The notes under the pieces are model-generated. The model was not told where the DNA came from. It made no database searches and saw nothing but the letters and a program-made list of their open reading frames with translations. Made by a program: the position numbers and the translations under genes. Below, one piece after another: positions 35,184-43,053 of a stretch of 64,000 nt of DNA (position 1 is the stretch's first letter; each line of letters starts with the position of its first letter). Location: contig JAGVVV010000009.1 in NCBI GenBank assembly GCA_018304615.1, positions 45,160 through 109,159 of the forward strand. Direction: 5' to 3'. Source of the DNA: Candidatus Aenigmatarchaeota archaeon (lineage in GTDB: Archaea; Aenigmatarchaeota; Aenigmatarchaeia; CG10238-14; SCSR01).

Positions 35184-35379
35184 TCTTCTTCTCCTTCAAA
35201 TCTCTTCTAACTCTGATAGCCTTTGAGCCGCATTTCACACAAACTTTAACAAATTCGTCGCCCTGTGCAAATATATTTTTAAGATTTGCAGCGAGTTGTG
35301 CCTCAGTATCACCCTCAATCTCCTCGCTCATCATGCCACAAGTAGGACAATAATACTCTAGTTTTTCCTTTGGCAACAT
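35176..35379 (-). CDS. small zinc-ribbon protein (hypothetical), overlapping the top6B start
   Basis: 67 aa; CPTCG ... CVKCG; 8-nt overlap with top6B. Confidence 0.45.
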   Translation of the reverse strand: MLPKEKLEYYCPTCGMMSEEIEGDTEAQLAANLKNIFAQGDEFVKVCVKCGSKAIRVRRDLKEKKNG

Positions 35380-35380
35380 C

Positions 35381-35875
35381 TCACCTCGTTTGGCTCTCTA
35401 GAAATCTGTATACGCTCCCATGGAGTCTTCCGCTCAAAAGCATCTCGACTGCTTCTCTTGCTATCCTCACTCGATCCCATTTCCCTATAATACTTATCGT
35501 TTTACCATATATTGCTAATTTAACTTCGGCGTATTTTTCGATTAAATTTTTTGATTTTCCTTCTTTTCCGATAACTCTTCCCTTTAATTCTATTTGCCTG
35601 TTTCTGGATTTACCTGAGAATTCTGGAACCTCTATTATCTCTAGAGAATAACTTTCGTCGAGAAGATTCAGGCAGTCATCAATCTCGAATCCACGGCCGA
35701 ATGCCTTTAGGACTTCTTTAATTCTAAGAGTTCTTAGTGGGTCGTCGCAATCAATCTCAACTACGTCAGAAAAATGGAACTTGCATGAGCACAAATCCTC
35801 AAGCTCTTCGCAGATTTTCTTATTGGATTTCAATATTTTTAGTTTTTCCTCTGGAATGAGAACATAATCGAACAT
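35381..35875 (-). CDS. KH-domain RNA-binding protein (archaeal Dim2/Pno1-like)
   Basis: 164 aa; two KH-like units, GRVIGKEGKSKNLIEKY and AREAVEMLLSG. Confidence 0.65.
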   Translation of the reverse strand: MFDYVLIPEEKLKILKSNKKICEELEDLCSCKFHFSDVVEIDCDDPLRTLRIKEVLKAFGRGFEIDDCLNLLDESYSLEIIEVPEFSGKSRNRQIELKGRVIGKEGKSKNLIEKYAEVKLAIYGKTISIIGKWDRVRIAREAVEMLLSGRLHGSVYRFLESQTR

Positions 35876-35895
35876 AAGATTCTATCCTAATAGAA

Positions 35896-36297
35896 TTATA
35901 TTTTGAAATAACTTGAAATTGCCTTTTTCAGGCTTTGATGTGGGACTTTCAACTCATCCATGAGAAATTCGCGCGGCGTAACCCACTTTGCCTCTATGTC
36001 TTCATTGCTCAACTTGAATTTTCCACCAATTTCTTTGCAGATAAAGTTTGTAAGAACTCTTTCTTCATCTCCATCAAATGATCTGAAATTCCAAGTGCCT
36101 GCAACTTCACCAACAATAATTTCTAATCCTGTTTCTTCAAACACTTCTCTTGTCAAAGAATCCTCAGGAGATTCGGATATTTCCAATCTTCCGCCTGGTA
36201 AAGTCCATAAATTGTATCTACGATCTTTCAAAATCAAAAATTTGTTCCCCCTCATTATTATTGCTTTAACAGCTGGTCTTACTACTGTCATACTCAT
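35896..36297 (-). CDS. NUDIX hydrolase
   Basis: 133 aa; Nudix box GGRLEISESPEDSLTREVFEETG. Confidence 0.85.
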   Translation of the reverse strand: MSMTVVRPAVKAIIMRGNKFLILKDRRYNLWTLPGGRLEISESPEDSLTREVFEETGLEIIVGEVAGTWNFRSFDGDEERVLTNFICKEIGGKFKLSNEDIEAKWVTPREFLMDELKVPHQSLKKAISSYFKI

Positions 36298-36620
36298 ACC
36301 GAGGAATTTGTTTTCATGAAACCTTTTCTCTTAAGCCAGTTGGCTTGAGTGTGAGTGTAGATGAAAATGAGGTCCGCTCTCACATTCGTCTGGACAACCC
36401 AAGGCTGGACAAGCACCAAATCATTCGGTCTAACCCATACTCTTTTTCTCAATCGCCCTGGGATTCTCGAGATCCTGACATTTCCATCCTCGCATTTCAC
36501 TCTGAGTTTGTCTGCGCCTAGCATCATCTCTACAATTCCTAAGACTTCGCCTTGCCTGGGAATCCTTATTCTAGAAACCTCGAGCTCTTCGGGAGAAATT
36601 TCGAACTTTTTCTTTCCCAT
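36294..36620 (-). CDS. eif1a: translation initiation factor aIF-1A
   Basis: 108 aa; GEVLGIVEMMLGADKLRVKCEDGNVRISRIPGRLRKRVWVRPNDLVLVQPW (S1/OB fold pattern). Confidence 0.85.
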   Translation of the reverse strand: MGKKKFEISPEELEVSRIRIPRQGEVLGIVEMMLGADKLRVKCEDGNVRISRIPGRLRKRVWVRPNDLVLVQPWVVQTNVRADLIFIYTHTQANWLKRKGFMKTNSSV

Positions 36621-37298
36621 TCAATCGCCTAATGAAATTAGTATGGTATCTCTATAAACCCTTTTACCTTTTAATTCCCCAACTAGTTTGCTTGTCCTCT
36701 TTACTGTCGCCTTGTATTTGAGTTTGATGTTTCTCGATATCTCGACTGCTGCTTGTTTGCTCCCGATGTAGAAGTTCTTCCCATTTTTTTCTTCTTCGGT
36801 TTTCGAGATGAAAGCGAGTGGGTCGTTTCTGTTCATGATTTTGAGTTCTTCCTCGACTTCATCGGAAATTATTTTTAAAAGTGGATCTTTTGCTCTCAGC
36901 TGGATGACTGACTGAAAGTAACCTATGTTTTTCTTTGAACACGATTCACAGATTATGGATTTGGAGACGATGGATATGCTCTTGCTCTCTTCCTTTTCCA
37001 GATCTTCCAACCCCATCTTCAGGGTTACATGAGCGACGTTATCTTTGATTTTATAAGTGGCGCTGCTTATTTCTGGAAGACTGATAATTTTAGTCAGTGA
37101 ATAATCGATTGCAGATTCCAAAGAGAAGAAAGTCTTGTCTTCGTAGTAGATTTTGCCGCAGATTTTGCATGTTTTTATCAGGATTTTCGATGGAAGTTTG
37201 TTTATCACAGAGAGTTTTTCAAGGAAGCAGTATTTGCAGACTCTTCCGTAGAATTTGTCAGCTTCCCTCCCACACCTCGGACAGAACTTCTTTCTCAT
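36621..37298 (-). CDS. NMD3-family protein (60S-export adaptor homologue)
   Basis: Start at MRKKFCPRCGREADKFYGRVCKYCF (internal Met of the 270-aa track ORF; the upstream 45 codons are low-complexity); CxxC x4 N-terminal zinc region. Confidence 0.65.
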   Translation of the reverse strand: MRKKFCPRCGREADKFYGRVCKYCFLEKLSVINKLPSKILIKTCKICGKIYYEDKTFFSLESAIDYSLTKIISLPEISSATYKIKDNVAHVTLKMGLEDLEKEESKSISIVSKSIICESCSKKNIGYFQSVIQLRAKDPLLKIISDEVEEELKIMNRNDPLAFISKTEEEKNGKNFYIGSKQAAVEISRNIKLKYKATVKRTSKLVGELKGKRVYRDTILISLGD

Positions 37299-37357
37299 AG
37301 ATGAACATGAAACTTCTAATGTTAAATTTTTATATGTAGGTCTGTTTTTATTATAAG

Positions 37358-37672
37358 ATGAACATGGAAGAATTTGTTGAAGTTGCAAAGACAAAAGACA
37401 TGAAACCTGGAGACTCCAAGGTTGTTTTCGCAAACGGAAAGGAATACGCCCTGTTTAATGTTGGAGGGAAGTTCTATGCAACTCAGGAAACGTGCACGCA
37501 CGAAGAAGGTCCTTTGGGTGAAGGTTTTTTGGATGACAAAGTGATTACTTGTCCGTTGCATGGAGCCATGTTTGATGTGACGACTGGTAAAGTTCTAGGT
37601 CCTCCAGCTACGAAAGATATCAGGACATATGAGACGAAGGTTGATGGGGAAAAGATTTTCATAAAAGTTTGA
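37358..37672 (+). CDS. Rieske-type [2Fe-2S] ferredoxin
   Basis: 104 aa; CTHEEGPL and CPLHGAMF (CxH ... CxxH). Confidence 0.85.
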   Translation: MNMEEFVEVAKTKDMKPGDSKVVFANGKEYALFNVGGKFYATQETCTHEEGPLGEGFLDDKVITCPLHGAMFDVTTGKVLGPPATKDIRTYETKVDGEKIFIKV

Positions 37673-37783
37673 GATGTTTTACAATAAAATTTGTCCTGTC
37701 AACTCAATTTCGAAGTCTGAATTTGACAGAGGAAAGCTTAAAAGAGAAATATTCTTAAAGGCATTTAATCATGTAACAGATAT

Positions 37784-37868
37784 GCCACGATAGCTCAAAG
37801 GCAGAGCAAAAATAGAGCTTAACTGCCCTGTAAGCAGTAGGTTGAGGGTTCAATTCCCTCTCGTGGCT
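37784..37868 (+). tRNA. tRNA-Thr(UGU) with about 13-nt non-canonical intron at the same site as tRNA-Thr(CGU); apparent C33
   Basis: GCCACGA-TA-GCTC-AAAGGCA-GAGC-A-A[AAATAGAGCTTAA]CTGC-CCTGTAA-GCAGT-AGGTT-GAGGG-TTCAATT-CCCTC-TCGTGGC-T. Confidence 0.7.
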
Positions 37869-38485
37869 CATATTGTCCCACATAATTCGTTCAGGGTTAT
37901 GTAGTCAATCTCAGAAGAGACATTCGTGTTGTTAGAATTCAATTTCACCAAAACAGAATCTATATTTTGAATAAGTTGAGTTAGATTCTCGTAAGTTGCT
38001 GGATATTTTGTTTGCAGTTGATGTGCCTGAGTTTTCCACTGGCCATAATAATCGTTTATTCGAGAAAGACCTTCCTGAACTTTATCTGTTTCATTGAATT
38101 GAATATATCCGCCTATGTGTTCTATCTCGTGAGGAATGCAAACTTCGTAATTGCCTATCTGAATGTACCTGTACAAATCGTTTAATGAATGAGAGGCATG
38201 CTGAGAGATTCCATGCTGAACAAACCATAGAGAATCATTTGCCAAATCTTCGGCTATAGGATCTCCTTTGACCATGCTCAGGAGCTGTGAATAGTCTTGT
38301 ATGTTCAGTTGTAGTCGATAATTCAATGTTTCCAACCTAACAATTTCCGAAAGAATGTGTTGGTTGCCGATTATTCCAGTTGGACTAGAAGGATTCCTCG
38401 AAAAAAAGTATATTCCTAGTATTGCAATGATCGCGACAGGAATAATAAAATAAATGTAATTGATTGACTTTTTCTTTGTCGGCAT
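37868..38485 (-). CDS. hypothetical membrane-anchored protein
   Basis: 205 aa; N-terminal TM (INYIYFIIPVAIIAILGIYFF); His-rich ectodomain, no family recognised. Confidence 0.45.
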   Translation of the reverse strand: MPTKKKSINYIYFIIPVAIIAILGIYFFSRNPSSPTGIIGNQHILSEIVRLETLNYRLQLNIQDYSQLLSMVKGDPIAEDLANDSLWFVQHGISQHASHSLNDLYRYIQIGNYEVCIPHEIEHIGGYIQFNETDKVQEGLSRINDYYGQWKTQAHQLQTKYPATYENLTQLIQNIDSVLVKLNSNNTNVSSEIDYITLNELCGTI

Positions 38486-38535
38486 TAAAGGAAAATCAGT
38501 TTAAAAGTATTTAAGCCTTACACACTTTGTAATAC

Positions 38536-39603
38536 TTAATCTTTGCCAATCAAATCCACATCTACTAGTGATGCAAACCTTGAAAGTCCGAACTTGTTGA
38601 GCATTGAGAAAACTAGGGAATTGTCCTGGAATTTGGATATGACACTCTTCAGCCTCATACCGTTCTTTATCGGTCTAGACAACTGTGACTTCCACACTTT
38701 GTCGTAATTCTCGTAGAGAAAAGTTTCAGAAAAGTCATTGGCTTCCAAAGATTTGACGCATGCCTCGCCTGCTATTCTTGCTCCGAGCTGGCCGTAAACG
38801 AGACCGCCTGCGGAAAATGGTTTGACTTGGGTTGCAGCATCTCCGACGAGGAGAACTCTGTCAGCAACGGATTTCTCGATAATCCCGAACCTGATAGAAT
38901 CGCCGATTCTATTGAAAACTTCTGTTTCTCCTATCCTTTCTTTAAGGAATTTTTCCAGAAATGGTATCGGATTCTTATCTGTCATTAGTCCGACTCTCGC
39001 GTATTCGTCATTTTCTGGAACTACCCATGCGAAAGATCCAGGAGCTATGTCAGAACCAAACCACAGTTCGACAACCGAAGGATCGAATGTCGATTTCACA
39101 TTCACTTGCATTAGCAGGAGTTTGTTCTCAGGAATTTTGAGATTTTTGGATTTCGCGACAGTTGAGTTAGGACCGTCAGCTCCAACAAGAATTCTTGTCT
39201 TGTGTGTTGTGATGTTTGTAAGGACATTATCTCCCTCGAATTGCTGATATCTGGTAGAAAATCTGAACTGGACGCCTGCTGCGAGTGCTTCACCGAAAAC
39301 GAACTTATCAAAACCCAGTCTGTCCATGAGTATCATAGGTTTCTTCGCCTTGACTTCAAAAGATGATTTACCAGAACAGAATCTTGCTCTGGCTATTTTA
39401 TTTACTATAATATCATCTGGAATTTTTCCAATCTTCTCACTCACAAAACCTGTACACTGAGTCGGTTTTCCTGCTTCAGGATGCTCCTCGATGACAATTA
39501 CTTCATACCCTTGCTTTGCAACTATCTCTGCTGTTCTGCAACCCGCTGGACCTGAACCTATTACTACAACATCTGCCATGTTACTTGCCAAAGTTCCTTT
39601 CAA
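38536..39603 (-). CDS. geranylgeranyl reductase family flavoprotein (archaeal lipid saturation)
   Basis: 355 aa; FAD dinucleotide fold DVVVIGSGPAGCRTAEIVAKQGYEVIVIEE; LVGDAA motif. Confidence 0.8.
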   Translation of the reverse strand: MKGTLASNMADVVVIGSGPAGCRTAEIVAKQGYEVIVIEEHPEAGKPTQCTGFVSEKIGKIPDDIIVNKIARARFCSGKSSFEVKAKKPMILMDRLGFDKFVFGEALAAGVQFRFSTRYQQFEGDNVLTNITTHKTRILVGADGPNSTVAKSKNLKIPENKLLLMQVNVKSTFDPSVVELWFGSDIAPGSFAWVVPENDEYARVGLMTDKNPIPFLEKFLKERIGETEVFNRIGDSIRFGIIEKSVADRVLLVGDAATQVKPFSAGGLVYGQLGARIAGEACVKSLEANDFSETFLYENYDKVWKSQLSRPIKNGMRLKSVISKFQDNSLVFSMLNKFGLSRFASLVDVDLIGKD

Positions 39604-40279
39604 TTGAGTTATACCATTTGATTGCTTTTACAAGTTCTTTCTTGGAGAAGTCCGGCCATAGTGTTTTGGTCACATAGATCTCCGAGAATGCTGCCTGCCA
39701 AAGAGCAAAATCAGAAAGACGATTCTTTCCACCAGTTCTGATCACCAAATCTATTGGGACTGGAAGCAAAAGATTTTTTTCAATCTCTTTTGAAGTGATT
39801 TCTATTCTTCCTGCTTTAATCATTTTCTGCGCGACCTTCTTCATCGCCTGAGTCAAATCGAACTTACCACCGTAATTGATAAGGATATTCAGAACCTTTT
39901 TCTGGTATTTTGCAGTTTTAATCATGACTTTTCCCATGAGCCTGACAAGTTTCGGTGGCAATCTTTCAAGGTCTCCGACAAACCTTACCTTCACCTGATA
40001 CTTGTCAAGAAAATCAGATTTCTTCTTCAAAAGCTTCTCAAGATAATTTTCAAAAATTCTCATCAATTCGCTAATCTCTTGCGGTGACCTCTCTTCAAAA
40101 TTTTCAGTTGACATGACCCACGCCGAAACTTGAGGAACATCTAATTCGTAACACCAGTTGAAAAATTGATCAAGCGTGTCTGCACCTTTTTTATGGCCTT
40201 CCCAAGGAAGCATGTCTCTTGCAGTTGCCCATCTCCTGTTTCCATCGATTATCACTGCGATATGGTTGGGGACTTGCAT
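39581..40279 (-). CDS. uppS: cis-prenyltransferase (undecaprenyl/dolichyl diphosphate synthase)
   Basis: 232 aa; HIAVIIDGNRRWA, LSDFALWQAAFSE motifs. Confidence 0.85.
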   Translation of the reverse strand: MQVPNHIAVIIDGNRRWATARDMLPWEGHKKGADTLDQFFNWCYELDVPQVSAWVMSTENFEERSPQEISELMRIFENYLEKLLKKKSDFLDKYQVKVRFVGDLERLPPKLVRLMGKVMIKTAKYQKKVLNILINYGGKFDLTQAMKKVAQKMIKAGRIEITSKEIEKNLLLPVPIDLVIRTGGKNRLSDFALWQAAFSEIYVTKTLWPDFSKKELVKAIKWYNSIERNFGK

Positions 40280-40325
40280 AAAACCTATTTGTTTAATTAA
40301 TAGAATAAAACATTAAAATCTTACT

Positions 40326-40874
40326 ATGAAGGACATCAGGAAGCTGGCCTATCTGTTCTTTTTCCTGTCTCTGCTTTTCGGGATTATGTGGTATACGCTC
40401 GGGTCGATTGACAAATCTATTTTCTGGCAGATTCTTACTGTTCTCTCACTGGGGTGGTTTGTTTTTGAAGCTGAAAGAAATTGGAAAGACAAGAAAAGGA
40501 TAAAAAAATCTCTGATGATTGGGTTGCTTCTCTTCATCGGAACGTTCTTCTTGGATTATTCTGGGTTATTGAATCAAGGTTATACCATAAACAGAGATTA
40601 CAGTTTATTTGCTGTAGGAGCTGATCCTATAGAACTGCTGCTGATAGTATTCTTCGGGGGAAGCGCGTGGTTCATGCAGCTACCGAAGAAATTTTCTTTG
40701 GGATATTCGATCGCTGATGTTTTTTTGCTTGCATTCTTCGGGACGATTACAGAAATTATGCTGAACAGATATGGGATTATGGCATATCTCACTGTCGATT
40801 CGTTCAATGCCTTTGTCACATATTCCATGGTATGGGGTATACTGCACCTTTTGAATTACAAAGTCTTTAAATAA
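40326..40874 (+). CDS. hypothetical polytopic membrane protein
   Basis: 182 aa, 5-6 TM. Confidence 0.45.
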   Translation: MKDIRKLAYLFFFLSLLFGIMWYTLGSIDKSIFWQILTVLSLGWFVFEAERNWKDKKRIKKSLMIGLLLFIGTFFLDYSGLLNQGYTINRDYSLFAVGADPIELLLIVFFGGSAWFMQLPKKFSLGYSIADVFLLAFFGTITEIMLNRYGIMAYLTVDSFNAFVTYSMVWGILHLLNYKVFK

Positions 40875-40909
40875 GAGTTTAATGATATAGTTTACAAATT
40901 TAGTTAGTC

Positions 40910-41055
40910 GGGGTCGTAGTCTAGCCTGGTTCAAAAAGCAGGAAAGGACGGGTGGCTCCAGATTCATCGAATCATGGAGAATTGAAGAAAAGATGAAAGC
41001 GAAACCACTTAGCGCGCGTTCAAAAGGCATATGCCTGAAATTCGCGCCGACCCCA
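40910..41055 (+). tRNA. tRNA-Trp(CCA) with three introns (D-loop about 12-15 nt; 42 nt at 37/38; 17 nt in T-loop)
   Basis: GGGGTCG-TA-GTCT-[23-nt D-loop region AGCCTGGTTCAAAAAGCAGGAAA]-GGAC-G-GGTGG-CTCCAG[42 nt]A-CCACT-TAGC-GCGCG-TTCAAA[AGGCATATGCCTGAAAT]T-CGCGC-CGACCCC-A; 146 nt. Confidence 0.75.
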
Positions 41056-41057
41056 TT

Positions 41058-41507
41058 CTATTTTAATTTTTCCCCAATTGTTTTACCAAAATGGCTGTAG
41101 GCATCTAACACATATTCAGCACGTTTTAATTCTCTTTTAAATTCGTCCCACTGTGTTGGTGGAATTGACGCATCAAGCAGTGTATATTGACCATTTTGAG
41201 TTTTCCTTTCAGTGAGTACATAACCATGAAACCTGTGGACAAGAGCGCTGGCTCTATCACCTAGCCCATATGGAACCTTGAGTTCTGCTTGAGGGATGTA
41301 ATGCATTTTTTCATCTCCCAATTTTAATAATTCGCGCTGAAATAAGGAAATATGTTCTGGTGAATCAGCAGGTTTGTTAATTGCGCCAACTTGCTGAGTA
41401 GTAAACCTAAAACCAAACAGTCTAGCTAATAAAACTACTGTTCCTATTGCTAGAATACCAGAACCGCTGACAGTAAGGAAGAAGTATCCTGTGGGAATAT
41501 CGACCAT
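41058..41507 (-). CDS. hypothetical membrane-anchored protein
   Basis: 149 aa; N-terminal TM, no motif recognised. Confidence 0.4.
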   Translation of the reverse strand: MVDIPTGYFFLTVSGSGILAIGTVVLLARLFGFRFTTQQVGAINKPADSPEHISLFQRELLKLGDEKMHYIPQAELKVPYGLGDRASALVHRFHGYVLTERKTQNGQYTLLDASIPPTQWDEFKRELKRAEYVLDAYSHFGKTIGEKLK

Positions 41508-41537
41508 GATAATTCTTTGGTTTGATTATTTAAGAGT

Positions 41538-42197
41538 TTATTCCTTAAATCCAAATTCTCCAATTAAATTAACGAACAAAACTCCGCCAAGATTTTTCTT
41601 AATTAATTTACCATCTTTCTTTTCAAAATAGTAGAGATCTTGATATCCCCCTTCAGGACCTATAGGTGTGACGATAATTCCACCAATTTTGATTTGGTCT
41701 ATCCATGGTTTAGGAATATTTTCAGGGCTGCTTGCAGAAGAAATTATTTTATCAAATGGAGAGAATTCTGACAATCCTTTAGAACCATCGGCAAGAAATA
41801 ATTTAACATTATCATATCCGGCTTCCTTAAGATTGTTTTTCGCGAACTCATAAGTTTCTGGAATTATTTCAGTACCGAACACTTGGCCTTTCTCCCCGAC
41901 GACTTCTTTCATGTATGCAAGAAGAATACCTGAACCTGCTCCGATTTCTAGAACCTTATCACCATCTTTCAATTTCAGTGCAGACATGAAAATTGCATGC
42001 ATGTGAGGGGCGGAAATACTGACATGACCGGGGATTGGCAATGGATAATCGGCATACGCATCAGAGTACCTATCCTCGGTTACGAACATCTCCCTTTTCA
42101 CTTTCAGCATGGCTCTGCTGATAGCTTCGGTTTTAACGTAACCCAATTTTTCCAGTCTTTCCACCAACTTCACTCGTTGCTGATCAAAATCCATCAA
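41538..42197 (-). CDS. pcm: protein-L-isoaspartate O-methyltransferase
   Basis: 219 aa; ISAPHMHA, VLEIGAGSGILLAYM (SAM motif I). Confidence 0.85.
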   Translation of the reverse strand: MMDFDQQRVKLVERLEKLGYVKTEAISRAMLKVKREMFVTEDRYSDAYADYPLPIPGHVSISAPHMHAIFMSALKLKDGDKVLEIGAGSGILLAYMKEVVGEKGQVFGTEIIPETYEFAKNNLKEAGYDNVKLFLADGSKGLSEFSPFDKIISSASSPENIPKPWIDQIKIGGIIVTPIGPEGGYQDLYYFEKKDGKLIKKNLGGVLFVNLIGEFGFKE

Positions 42198-42228
42198 TCT
42201 TTAATTGAACATAAGTGAATTTCAATTT

Positions 42229-43053
42229 ATGGATGTTGTAGAAAAAACTGTCCGTGACATTAAATCGATAAAAGTTCAAGGAGCTTATCACATTGCAATT
42301 GCAGCCGTCAAGGCGTACATGAAGGCTAAAGACAAGAAAAAGGCTGTGAAAAAACTCGTAGCTTCACGGCCGACTGAACCGATGCTAAGAAATTCACTGA
42401 TGTATGTGGAGAAAATGGGTGGTGGTAAAGAACTCCTAATGAAACTCGAAGAAGATTTAAAAAAAATTATTGAATACGGCTCTGAAAAAATAAAAGACGG
42501 GATGATTGTTTATACACACTGTCATTCTTCGATTGTAAATGACATTTTAATTCATGCAAAAAAATCTGGAAAGAAGTTTGAAGTTCATGTTACTGAGACA
42601 AGACCTTTTTTTCAAGGAAGATTAACTGCGAAACAATTGTCAGCTGCAAGAATTCCTGTAACTCTTTTTGTTGATTCTGCTGCAAGATTGGCCTTGAAGA
42701 AAGCAGATCTGATGATGATTGGCGCTGATGCGATAACAGCAGAAGGTTATGTCATAAACAAAATAGGAAGTGAGTTGGTTGCAGATGTTGCAAACAATTA
42801 TCAAATTCCAGTTTTCGTGTGCACTCATTCGTGGAAGTTTGATCCTAAGACAATTTTCGGTTTTGATGAGGAGATTGAAAGGAGGGAAGCAAAAGAAATT
42901 TGGAAGAATCCTCCGCGTGGAGTAAAGATTAGTAATTACGTTTTCGAGAAAGTTAATCCTGAAAAATTGACTGCGATAATTTCAGAGTTGGGAATTTTCA
43001 AGCCTGCTACATTTATAGTAGAAGTGAGAAAAAGTTACGGTTGGATGAATTAG
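42229..43053 (+). CDS. e2b2: ribose-1,5-bisphosphate isomerase (eIF-2B alpha/beta/delta family)
   Basis: ATG at 42229 preferred over the TTG at 42205; HCHSS, VTETRPFFQG, GADAITAEGYVINKIGS motifs; RuBisCO and AMP phosphorylase lie in the same window. Confidence 0.7.
   Translation: MDVVEKTVRDIKSIKVQGAYHIAIAAVKAYMKAKDKKKAVKKLVASRPTEPMLRNSLMYVEKMGGGKELLMKLEEDLKKIIEYGSEKIKDGMIVYTHCHSSIVNDILIHAKKSGKKFEVHVTETRPFFQGRLTAKQLSAARIPVTLFVDSAARLALKKADLMMIGADAITAEGYVINKIGSELVADVANNYQIPVFVCTHSWKFDPKTIFGFDEEIERREAKEIWKNPPRGVKISNYVFEKVNPEKLTAIISELGIFKPATFIVEVRKSYGWMN

Noticed and set aside
37299-37433. 45-codon N-terminal extension of the NMD3-like ORF (track start 37433)
   Set aside because: The extension is low-complexity (MRKQPWSLQVSCLLSLQLQQ...). 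The internal Met gives the canonical NMD3 N-terminus MRKKFCPRCG.
31012-41055. C/D-box sRNA embedded in tRNA introns (AUGAUGA in the tRNA-Phe insertion; GAUGAA in the tRNA-Trp and tRNA-Gln introns)
   Set aside because: A C-box-like heptamer is present. However, I could not find properly spaced D/D' (CUGA) boxes or a terminal stem without invoking the anticodon loop itself. The evidence is insufficient.
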